Source: Octopus vulgaris
Taxonomy: Eukaryota
Length of the DNA: 64,000 nt
Reading direction: 5' to 3'
Assembly: GCA_951406725.2 (NCBI GenBank)
Contig: OX597824.1
Location: forward strand, 83,514,001-83,578,000
Shown: one piece after another, positions 54,181-64,000 of the stretch
Layout of the letters: the number at the start of each line of letters is the position of its first letter
Numbering within the stretch: the stretch's first letter is position 1
Program-made: the position numbers and the translations under genes
The notes under the pieces: model-generated
Seen by the model: only the letters and a program-made list of their open reading frames with translations
Databases searched by the model: none
What the model was told of the DNA's origin: nothing

Positions 54181-55220
54181 ATATATATATATATATATAT
54201 ATACTCTTTACTCTCTTACTTGTTTCAGTCATTTGACTGTGGCCATGCTGGAGTACTGCCTTTGGTCGAGCAAATCGACCCCAGGACTTATTCTTTGTAA
54301 GCCTAGTACTTATTCTATCGGTCTCTTTTGCCGAACTGTTAAGTCACAGGGACGTAAACACACCAGCATCAGTTGTCAAGCGATGTTGGTGGGGACAAAC
54401 ACAGACACACAAACACATACACACACACACATACATTTATATATAATATATATATATATATACGATGGGCTTCTTTTCAGTTTCTGTCTACCAAATCCAC
54501 TCACAAGGCTTTAGTCGGCCTGAGGCTATAGTAGAAGACACTTGCCCAAGATGCCACGCAGTGGGACTGAACCCGGAACCATGTGGTTTGTAAGCAAGCT
54601 ACTTACCACACAGCCACTCCTATACCTATATATATATATATTATATATGAGGAGGTGCTGAAAAGCTCTGGGCTTTAAGGTATAATGAAAGCTGGTCCGA
54701 GGTCTAACCTTCCGAGTTCTTTTACAGGGATAAGAAACACTGAAGGAGGACTGCTGCAATAAGTGTGTGAATCTGAGAGAGGAATATGTTGAATAAAATC
54801 AGAATTAACTGATCCTCCTATATTTTTTTTTACTCAAAACCTGAAACTTTGTATATTACAAAATATTTAGTAAGATTTCTTCTGGTTCTTTCCTTTCTGG
54901 GTTCAAATCTCACTGAGATTAATTCCGCCTTTGATTCCTTTGGCAACAATAAAATAAAATACCACTTGAGTACTGGGAGTTGGTGTAATTGACTTGGTCT
55001 CTCCACTCAAAATTGTGAGTTTTGAACCCTGCAAATAGACTGGCGTCCTATTCAGAAGAATGTTGTGATCATAAGGACAGTTGCTCATGGAAACTGAGTA
55101 ACCAGCCCCATAGTCTTAGATCTTGAATAGAAAAGAAAAAAGTCCAGCATTTCTTATACCTGCAAATTAGTAATAATAATGTCATGCTCATTTTTTTTTG
55201 TTCATTTTCGTTTCTTTCAG

Positions 55221-55305
55221 CATCCAGAAATGTCTTTCCAAAGACAAAGATGACAGAGGCAGGATTTCCAAAGCTCTTGAAGGATGTGGATGGCCGTCAG
55301 GAAAG
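55221..55305 (+). CDS. PLCB: PLC-beta exon 6 ([28 protein letters not shown]), EF-hand region
   Basis: Acceptor tttctttcag, donor AAG|GTACGG; 85 nt, phase 2/0. Confidence 0.93.
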
Positions 55306-55404
55306 GTACGGTCTGATATGAATCTCTCCCCCTTTCTCTCTCTCTCTTTATCTATCTATCTGTCATATCTATCTATCTATCTATCTATCTATCTGTCTGT
55401 CTAT

Positions 55405-55511
<107 letters not shown>

Positions 55512-55533
55512 GTCTATCTATCTCTATCTCGCA

Positions 55534-55591
<58 letters not shown>

Positions 55592-55666
55592 CACCATTTC
55601 AGAAAAGACTGCCCCTTAGTCTCAACAATTATTTCATCATTTCAATTTATCTTTAATTTACAACAG

Positions 55667-55767
55667 AACGACTCAATTGACATCAAGAAGTTCGATTTTG
55701 ACACTTTCTTCAAGTTTTATCTATCATTGCTCAGTCGGTCTGAAATTGATGGCATCTTCAAAGAGCT
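55667..55767 (+). CDS. PLCB: PLC-beta exon 7 (NDSIDIKKFDFDTFFKFYLSLLSRSEIDGIFKE)
   Basis: Acceptor tacaacag, donor CT|GTAAGT; 101 nt, phase 0/2; R.EID.IF motif. Confidence 0.93.
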
Positions 55768-55834
55768 GTAAGTAGAACAGGAAATTTTGATATTTTATTA
55801 TTCTATTTAACTCCAGAATGGGAATATTTTCATG

Positions 55835-56664
55835 TACCATATTTGACGGCATATTAGACGCACTGGCATATTAGACACACCCTCATTTCAGCAGGTCAAA
55901 TTCAGGAAAAAAAGTTTTAAGTGTATTTAAGCATATAGGCGCAGGAGTAGCTGTGTGGTAAGTAGCTTGCTAACCAACCACATGGTGCCGGGTTCAGTCC
56001 CACTGCATGGCATCTTGGGCAAGTGTCTTCTGCTATAGCCCCGGGCCGACCAATGCCTTGTGAGTGGATTTGGTAGACGGAAACTGAAAGAAGCCTGTCG
56101 TATATATGTATATATATATATATAAGTGTGTGTGTATATGTTTGTGTGTCTGTGTTTGTCCCCCTAGCATTGCTTGACAACCGATGCTGGTGTGTTTACG
56201 TCCCTGTCACTTAGCGGTTCGGCAAAAGAGACCGATAGATTAAGTACTGGGCTTACAAAGAATAAGTCCCGGGGTCGATTTGCTCGACTAAAGGCGGTGC
56301 TCCAGCATGGCCGCAGTCAAATGACTGAAACAAGTAAAAGAGAAAAGAGAATATTGTTGAAAGCAGTCTAGCAGCACATTACAAAAGCAGAAAACATTGC
56401 TGTATAAAAGCAAGCATACAAAAGGAAAGCATACAATTTACAATAATAACAATAATACTAGCAATAAAATAATGATGCATGAGTACGGAAAATATCATTA
56501 AGGCGTTAGCGTAGGTAGAAATACTTATCGTAAGCTAGGTTAGTGAGCGTCTGGGAGAAGATTAGCCTACGGGAGGGTCTTGACTTCGCATATTAGACGC
56601 AGGGCGATTTTTTGAGCCAAATTTTTTGGAAAAAAGTGCGTCCTATATGCCGTCAAATACGGTA
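55835..56664. mobile_element. Pogo/Tigger-type MITE interrupted by a family B SINE
   Basis: TIRs TAccatatttgacggcata / tatgccgtcaaatacggTA. Confidence 0.75.
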
Positions 56665-56804
56665 ATTCTTTGTGTTCTTTTTTAATTTTTCCCCCTTTTT
56701 TTTCTGTCAGTTAATTGGAGATCAGGTGGGAAATTTGGAGGTGTGATGGGCCTGAAAGGTTGTCCTCAGTAAACAAACTTATGCAATGTATGATATACAT
56801 GTAT

Positions 56805-57060
56805 ATGATGTGGTATCAAAGGGTTCCCGGGCTAGTTATGTTTAATAAAAAAATTACTTATTTACCTAAGTTTTAGCATTATCTCCTTTGAAATAGTCTC
56901 CTTGCACAGCAATACACCGGTTCCAGCATTCCTGCCACTTTTAGAATCTGGCCTGGTAGTTGTTTTCCATAAGTGAGTCAAGGACCTTCTGCAGTTCACT
57001 CTGGATCTCAACAATGGTGTTAAAACGGTGACCTTAGAGCTGACTTTATCAACCAAGTAT
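56805..57060 (-). mobile_element. Mariner transposase C-terminal relic
   Basis: Minus strand reads KWQECWNRCIAVQGDYFKG, the mariner C-terminal motif. Confidence 0.7.
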
Positions 57061-57379
57061 CTGATGCACAAAAGCGATAGTGATGCCAGTGCCGCCTCGA
57101 CTGGCTTCCGTGCCGGTGGCACGTAAAATGCACCAATCCGACCATGGCCGTTGCCAGCCTCGCCTGGCACCTGTGCGGGTGGCACGTAAAAAGCACCCAC
57201 TACACTCACGGAGTGGTTGGCGTTAGGTAGGGCATCCGGCTGTAGAAACATTGCCAGATAAGACTGGAGCCTGGTGCAGCCTTCTGGCTTCCCAGATCCC
57301 CGGTCGAACGTCCAACCCATGCTAGCATGGAGAACGGACGTTAAACGATGATGATGATGATGATGATGATGATGATACA

Positions 57380-58195
57380 GGAAAAGCAGTAAAATGTGAC
57401 AACTAATGCATACTTTGTGAAGATAACACCGAAGATATCACCCACATCATAAGCAGTTGTCCAAATATGTTATCACAGTATTATCTACCAATGAGACATG
57501 ATGTTGTAGCTTGGATATTCTGAATTGAAATCCGTCGGAAGGATAACCTCGAGGACAAAGAAATAAGAACCCACAGTATGGTAGAAGTCATAGCCACTCG
57601 TAATAAAAAGGAGTACGGGTGGAATGTCCCAGTGAAGACGTCAATAAAATGTAAGCACAACAGACCTGATATAATGATTGGGGATAGCAAAGAGAAACTG
57701 TGTACAGTTGTGGAAATTAGCATAAAGCTGAAGATCAGTGAAAGAGAGAGCACCTATGCTGAACTATTGAGAAATCTGTAGTTACTCTATCCAGATTGCA
57801 AGTTCAGATTATACCTGTAATTACTGGGGCCCTGGGATATGTAACACACTGCCTAAATACCAATCTTGAGAAATTAGGCTTCTCAAAACCAGGAAGGAGA
57901 AAGCTAATTTGAAGATTACAGATCCAATCTATCACTAGAACTGTAAAAATCTGTAAAACTTTCCAGAAGTTTATCATTTAAATATATATGAGCATGTCTA
58001 GATATGCAACTATATGCATGAGAATACATACATAAAGCAAAACGTACAAATCTGCACACATACATACATACATATATGCAAACAAAAATACCCTGTTGTT
58101 GATGCTGAAATTCCAATGAAGGAGCCTTGAATCTAGTTTAGAAACTGGCTCTTTCTCTATTACCAAGAAATCTTCAATTAAAACTGAACAATGAC
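57380..58195 (+). mobile_element. Degenerate RLE-endonuclease LINE 3' fragment
   Basis: EDITHIISSCP (CCHC knuckle), RHDVVA, HNRPDIMI..VVEIS (PD-(D/E)xK), PVITGALG. Confidence 0.8.
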
Positions 58196-58218
58196 ATCCA
58201 TCCATCCATGTATGTATG

Positions 58219-58252
<34 letters not shown>

Positions 58253-58413
58253 TGTATGTACGTACATACATATATACATACACACATACACACATACACA
58301 CACATACACACATACATACATACATACATACGTACGTACGTACATACATACATACATACATACATACATACATACATACATTCACTGAATTTAAATTTAA
58401 ATTATCATTTCAG

Positions 58414-58577
58414 ATCCCAGAACAAAGGCAACATCAATACCGAGATGTTCAGAGACTTCCTCAACGAAATGCAGAGACATCCAAGCTTACACAAGACCCT
58501 TTTCCCTCTTTACACAGATGCTCAATGTCTGAGTTTGATTGCAGAATATGAATCTGCTGTCAACAAGAAAGGAAAAA
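58414..58577 (+). CDS. PLCB: PLC-beta exon 8 (SQNKGNINTEMFRDFLNEMQRHPSLHKTLFPLYTDAQCLSLIAEYESAVNKKGK)
   Basis: Acceptor atcatttcag; the only nearby phase-1 donor is A|GTGTGT at 58578; FLN..QR.P.L...LFP motif. Confidence 0.9.
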
Positions 58578-59563
58578 GTGTGTAATATCAAATAGATTCT
58601 TCTTTCATTGATATCCTATCACTAAATTTTTTGTAATGGATAACCCTTTAGCATGCATCTTACTCTGTTGTATTGAATCATATTGTTTCAAATTAATCAA
58701 CTTTTATATGTATATCTTCAATCTCTATATATTCTGAATTTAATAATTTGCTATTTTCTTTTTTTTATTATTATCATTCCTTTACTACTCAAATTAGGAA
58801 GAGCCCCTTTTCACTTCTGATTACTCCCTATTCACTTAATTTTCCATGCTAGCATAGGTTGGACGGTTCGACTGGAGTCTGGGAAGCCAGGAGAATGCAC
58901 CTGGCTCCAGTCTGATCTGGCAGTGTTTCTACAGCTGGATGCCCTTCCTAGCGCCAACCACTCCGTAAGTACCCACTACACTCATGGAGTGGTTGGCATT
59001 AGGAAGGGCATCAAGCTGTAGAAACACTGCCAGATCAGACTAGAGCCTGGTGCAGCCTCCTGGCTTCCCAGACCCCGATCGAACTGTCCAACCCATGCTA
59101 GCATGGAAAGCGGACGTTAAATGATGATGATGATGATATATAATACTTATATTAATTAAAAAATCATGCATTATGTCATAGTTCGAGACTTTGATGATGT
59201 GATTGTATATTTTTAGAATGACATCTCAGGGTAGGTGTGAGAGGCTGGATCTGTCCAGTTTCAACATAAAACAGGTGGAATATTTGATATGGCCTGTTTT
59301 AATACTAATGAGTCAAATTCCTTAATATCAGTTTTGCTGTTATTGTTAAGCCCTGTGGGGGCAACCCTGACTGAGCAAACTTTGGCTCAAAGGTGCTCCA
59401 GCCTTGACCATCCCATCTATATAGAGGGCTACATTATTCAAGGTTGTAGTGCAGCCTATTTCAGTACCTTGCTGATTTGATGCTAACTTATTTGACTTCA
59501 GAAGTTTTAATGATTTTCCTGCTTTCTTCTCTTTCTTCTTTTTCTTGCTTCCTTCCTTCTTTC

Positions 59564-59602
<39 letters not shown>

Positions 59603-59906
59603 TCCTCTCACTCTCCCCTCTCTCTCCTCCCCCTCTGTTTATGTGTGTAAGCATCTAATAATGTATGTTTGCATTTTGTCCAATCTTTCTCTCTCTCTCT
59701 CTCTGTTACTCTCTCTAACTGTATGTGAATATTTCTGTGCACATGTGTGTGTGTGTGTGTGTTTGCCTTCAGTGCCAAAAAGTACTGTTGCCAAAACAGG
59801 TCGAATATTAAGTCAGCTATGCTGAATCGTTAGCATCCAGACAGCTGTTCCCAATTGTCTCGTTCCAATTATTTAATGTGTCCTTTCATTATTCAACCAG
59901 ATGTGT

Positions 59907-59968
<62 letters not shown>

Positions 59969-60267
59969 GTACACACACAATAAATACAGAAACCAGAAAC
60001 CAGCCTTGAGAAGAACCTTTGATCCTTTAATTATATATATATATAATTTCTTTGGATTTTTTTGACATACAATATACAATAAAGATTCTGTTTACTCCCA
60101 CCCTCTAAGTTATATTTCTTTTATAAATCTCATTAATATCTTGACCTGACTAATTCCATCACATCTGCATCAAATTCAAAATCCACCTTGCTAATATATG
60201 AACATTTTTCTTCTTTCATTTCATATACATATGATGTCAAATGATTTATCTACTGAAATGCTTACAG

Positions 60268-60273
60268 AAAAAG
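60268..60273 (+). CDS. PLCB: PLC-beta 6-nt microexon (AAAAAG), exon 9
   Basis: tgcttacag|AAAAAG|gtaagt; phase 1/1; inclusion gives KKGKKKGQL and restores the Gly before QL. Confidence 0.8.
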
Positions 60274-60295
60274 GTAAGTCACCTTCAAAAGTCAT

Positions 60296-60374
<79 letters not shown>

Positions 60375-61190
60375 CAAAAATGGGACAAAAACGCAAAACA
60401 TCCAGACAGTTAGGTGATACAAAAAAGGGACAACAAAACATCCAGACAGACGATACAAAGAAAACAAGGACGGGTCATTCAGAGTTTTCTTTCCTCAGTC
60501 GAGTTCCAGATTATCTTTGCAATTTTGGCTGGTTATACTCAAGATTGCTCCAATCTGGCCAGCCCCAAGGAAAAACTAAGCTAAGAGCACTAGATTCCTT
60601 GGAAGAAAGCAGTGAATGTATATGAAAACAAAGACAGAAAAAAACCGGAGAAATGGTACACAAATGCAAATAACAGGACATTAACAACGGGTGTCTTTTG
60701 ACTAAGGATGAATTAAATTAAGCTGGCACGCATCCTATTTTAAAATACTTATAAATTATTCATCAATTGTAATTTTTTTCTCAAATTTTTTGTGCTTGTT
60801 TTTTGAAGTATGAGAATTTGTTCTTTAATTGTATTGCTCTTGTCATTCACAAATGATTGAATGCTCACTTCCTCCAGGCGATGGAAGGGTCGCTGTGGCC
60901 CGCATGAGTGGCCAGCCAGAAATCCCAACTTAACCTATGACTTCTTTCTTTGGGGTTGGTTAAAAGACTTTGGAAGAACTTGAAGGGCGAATACAATAAG
61001 TTATCTCTTCTATCCCCACAAGATTTTCTGGTGAAACCAGTTGATGCAATTCCTGGGTGACTCAAGAAGCTGTTGGTGACATCTGTTTTAAATAAAACCT
61101 CATACTTAAAGCTTTCCTCTCATATCCATTTTTTTTGTAAAAATTACAAATATTAAATAATTTATAAGTATTTTGAAATAGGGAGTTACT

Positions 61191-61252
<62 letters not shown>

Positions 61253-61303
61253 AAGGTATGTAGAAAAATACAACATGGACAAGAACGTATAACTGTTAGA
61301 AGA

Positions 61304-61352
<49 letters not shown>

Positions 61353-61597
61353 TGGAGGCGCAATGACCTAGTGGTTAGGGCAGCGGACTCGCGGTCGTAG
61401 GATCGCAGTTTCGAAGCTCCAGCAGGGGGTGGTGGCGATCCCTGCTGTACTTTTTCGCCACAACTTTCTCTCACTCTTTCTTCTGTTGGGCTGCTCGCTT
61501 AGCCAGCGGGGTGGCGTCATTTGAAGGCTAAAACAATGCGAAGCGCATTGTGACCAGCGATGTGTAACAACATCTGATGGCCTGGTCGGTCACGGTG

Positions 61598-61632
<35 letters not shown>

Positions 61633-61865
61633 TATATATACATACATATATATATATACATACATATAAAATTCAGTAGCAAATTTAAAGCAGTGCTAGT
61701 GTTGTAAACATTATCAACTGCACATACTCAATGTATGTGTATCGTGTGTTGGTTCTCTGCTGTTTAGCACTTGGGGAATATAACTCCAAACTTACAGGGA
61801 AAAATTCAATTTAGTATAAAATCAAATTTCACAATATAAATATATAATATATATATAAATTAAAG

Positions 61866-62078
61866 AAAACCACTATTATGTAATTCAAACAATGATAGAC
61901 ATAAACCATATCATATAGAAAAAACAAAATATATTATAAAACATATAACTAGGCCACAAAAAGTATTAATTTTTTTGTACTTTTTGTGATCTAGTTATAT
62001 GTTTTATAATATATTTTATTTTTTTCTATATGATATGGTTTATGTCTATCATTGTTTGAATTACATAATAGTGGTTTT
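61866..62078. repeat. ~210-bp AT-rich palindrome, related to the element at ~3840-4190
   Basis: Arms aaaaccactattatg... / ...cataatagtggtttt; shared upstream block ccaaacttacagggaaaaattcaatttag. Confidence 0.85.
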
Positions 62079-62085
62079 ACTCTAA

Positions 62086-62480
62086 TCTTTATATATAAAA
62101 GAAAGGTTGTGTGTCTGTCTACTCCGATTTAGATTCCTAACTACTCCCACATTTTGCAGTGCAGTTTAACCAAAACCGGGTATCTTATAGTCGTGATTCA
62201 TATCGAGCCCTTCTGGGTATTAGCGTGCATCTACGATGAGTCTACAATTTAAAAAAAAATTACCATCATTTTTTTCCATTTTAATGCATTCTTTCGCTAT
62301 TATATAAGGAAGTAACTCTCTAAAAATGTCTACGATGAGTCAACGATTTAAAAAAAAATTTACCATCATTTTTTTCCATTTTTAGTGCATTTTTTTGCTA
62401 ATTTTTGGCTATAACTTTCTAAAAATGCTTATATAGTTATTTCCCTTACAAACCCGAGCAACGCTGGGCGATACTGCTCG
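62086..62480 (+). mobile_element. Non-autonomous Helitron, family 1, with ~100-bp internal duplication
   Basis: Same ends as 30627 but 3' CTCG; block tctacgatgagtc...atgcatt repeated. Confidence 0.8.
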
Positions 62481-63009
62481 TATATATATAAAACATATAT
62501 AATATATAAATAGAAACAAACAAACATTTGGTTTTTTATAAGCAATGAAATGTGTATTGTATGATACAAATAAGATGATTTGTTTTCGAACATAGAATTG
62601 CCTTTAGAACAGCATGAATACTGGGTAAATTGTTCTTACAAAGTGGAAAACTTTGTTAACAAATTGCCATAGGTCTCGAACCCATATCGCTCAAGACTCC
62701 AGCTGAGTGCTTTACCATTAAGCTAAACTGCTCCTTCAGAAATTCATCCACAAATTTAGATGTTAAATGTGTGTGTATGTGAGAGGAAAAGAAGCTATAG
62801 GATGTTGCACAAGTATTCATGGACCCAGCTCTTAGGTCAGTGCTTCTTATAGTAGAATTAGCCGTAAGCTACTGAAGGTGATTATGTAACACCTGTTCTT
62901 TCATCATCCATTGACATGCATACATCTTCAACTCCCTTCATATCCACCCATCCAAATCTTTTCCACCCATGTTTCTCTCTACTTTTTTCTATTGTCTACT
63001 TATACACAG

Positions 63010-63156
63010 GTCAGCTGACAAAAGAAGGATTGCTGTATTTCCTTATGTGTGAAGAAAATAATCTTACCCCAATGCATCGGTTGGATTTGGGGGCCAACAT
63101 GAAGCTGCCCCTTGCGGCTTACTACATCAATTCTTCCCACAACACCTACTTGACAG
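63010..63156 (+). CDS. PLCB: PLC-beta exon 10 (QLTKEGLLYFLMCEENNLTPMHRLDLGANMKLPLAAYYINSSHNTYLT), start of catalytic X domain
   Basis: Acceptor tatacacag, donor G|GTAAGG; 147 nt; invariant PI-PLC SSHNTYL motif with catalytic His. Confidence 0.97.
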
Positions 63157-63394
63157 GTAAGGCCTGACCAATTATCTTATATTACATGTACCAGGTGAGG
63201 GGCTGACAAAGGGTGAGAGTTTGTGATAAATTAATGGTGATAATCAGAGTGATGGCGTCGATGGGGAATAATGAAGGGATGGCATTTTTTTTTGAAGGAG
63301 AGATTTTTGTGTGGACACATGCAAAAGAGGATGAGGGTGGGCGTTAATGTGAACAGTCTGCAGTAATCATCACTATCACCCTTGTGATCACTAC

Positions 63395-63632
63395 CCTCCT
63401 CCTCCTCCTCCTCATTATCATCATCATCATCGTCATCATCGTTATCATCATCATCATCATTGTCATCATTGTTATCATCATCATCATCGTCGTCATCATC
63501 GTTATCATCATCATCATCATTGTCGTCATCGTTATCATCATCATCATCATCGTCATCATCGTCATCATCGTTATCATCATCATCATCATTGTCGTCATCG
63601 TTATCATCATCATCATCATCATCATCATCATT
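63395..63632. repeat. Compound (ATC/GTC)n microsatellite; many other (TA)n, (CA)n, (TATG)n, (TATC)n and (TAA)n tracts occur across the window
   Basis: Direct inspection. Confidence 0.95.
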
Positions 63633-63883
63633 GTTGCTACTGCTACCATTACTATTTTGTGAGACATTATTATTATTATCATTATTTGCCTGTTGCTATG
63701 TTCTGGGTTCAAATTCCACCGGGGTTGCCTTTACCTTACATCCTCTTGGGGGTCGATAATTTAAGCACCAGTGAAACATGGGGATCGATGTAATTGACTA
63801 GTCCCCTCCCCACAAATTTCAGGTCTTGTGCTTTTAGTAGAAAGGATTATAATTATCATTAAGGTATAATTTCCATATTTTAG

Positions 63884-64000
63884 GGCACCAGTTGACTGGA
63901 AAGTCTTCAGTGGAAATATACCGTCAAGTTTTGCTCACCGGATGTCGTTGTCTGGAATTGGATTGTTGGGATGGAAAAGATGGAGAACCAATCATCACTC
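63884..64000 (+). CDS. PLCB: PLC-beta exon 11, truncated by window end ([39 protein letters not shown])
   Basis: Acceptor catattttag; [13 protein letters not shown]-box signature. Confidence 0.97.

Noticed and set aside
62916-63009. N-terminal extension of ORF 62916-63167, and similar extensions on ORFs 55198-55656 and 58208-58585
   Set aside because: Intronic sequence in frame with true exons; splice sites delimit the coding parts

Overview
AT-rich, microsatellite- and SINE-dense animal genomic DNA, most likely from a coleoid cephalopod (octopus-like). One protein-coding gene spans the window on the + strand: the 5' part of a phospholipase C-beta (PH domain, EF-hand region, start of the catalytic X box), resembling the cephalopod photoreceptor PLC-beta/PLC21 type. 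I rebuilt 11 coding exons by hand (4965 to the window end) with GT-AG sites and consistent phases; most are absent from the ORF track. They include a 6-nt microexon at 60268-60273 that turns ...KKGKSQL into ...KKGKKKGQL. Everything else is intronic or intergenic repeat: four SINE-like families, Helitrons, Penelope-like relics with hammerhead ribozyme motifs, L1/Tx1-, R4- and RTE-like LINE fragments, mariner/pogo/piggyBac-type MITEs and foldback palindromes. Almost all other ORF-track entries are microsatellite or SINE artefacts. Family names come from recalled motifs, not database searches, and repeat boundaries are approximate.
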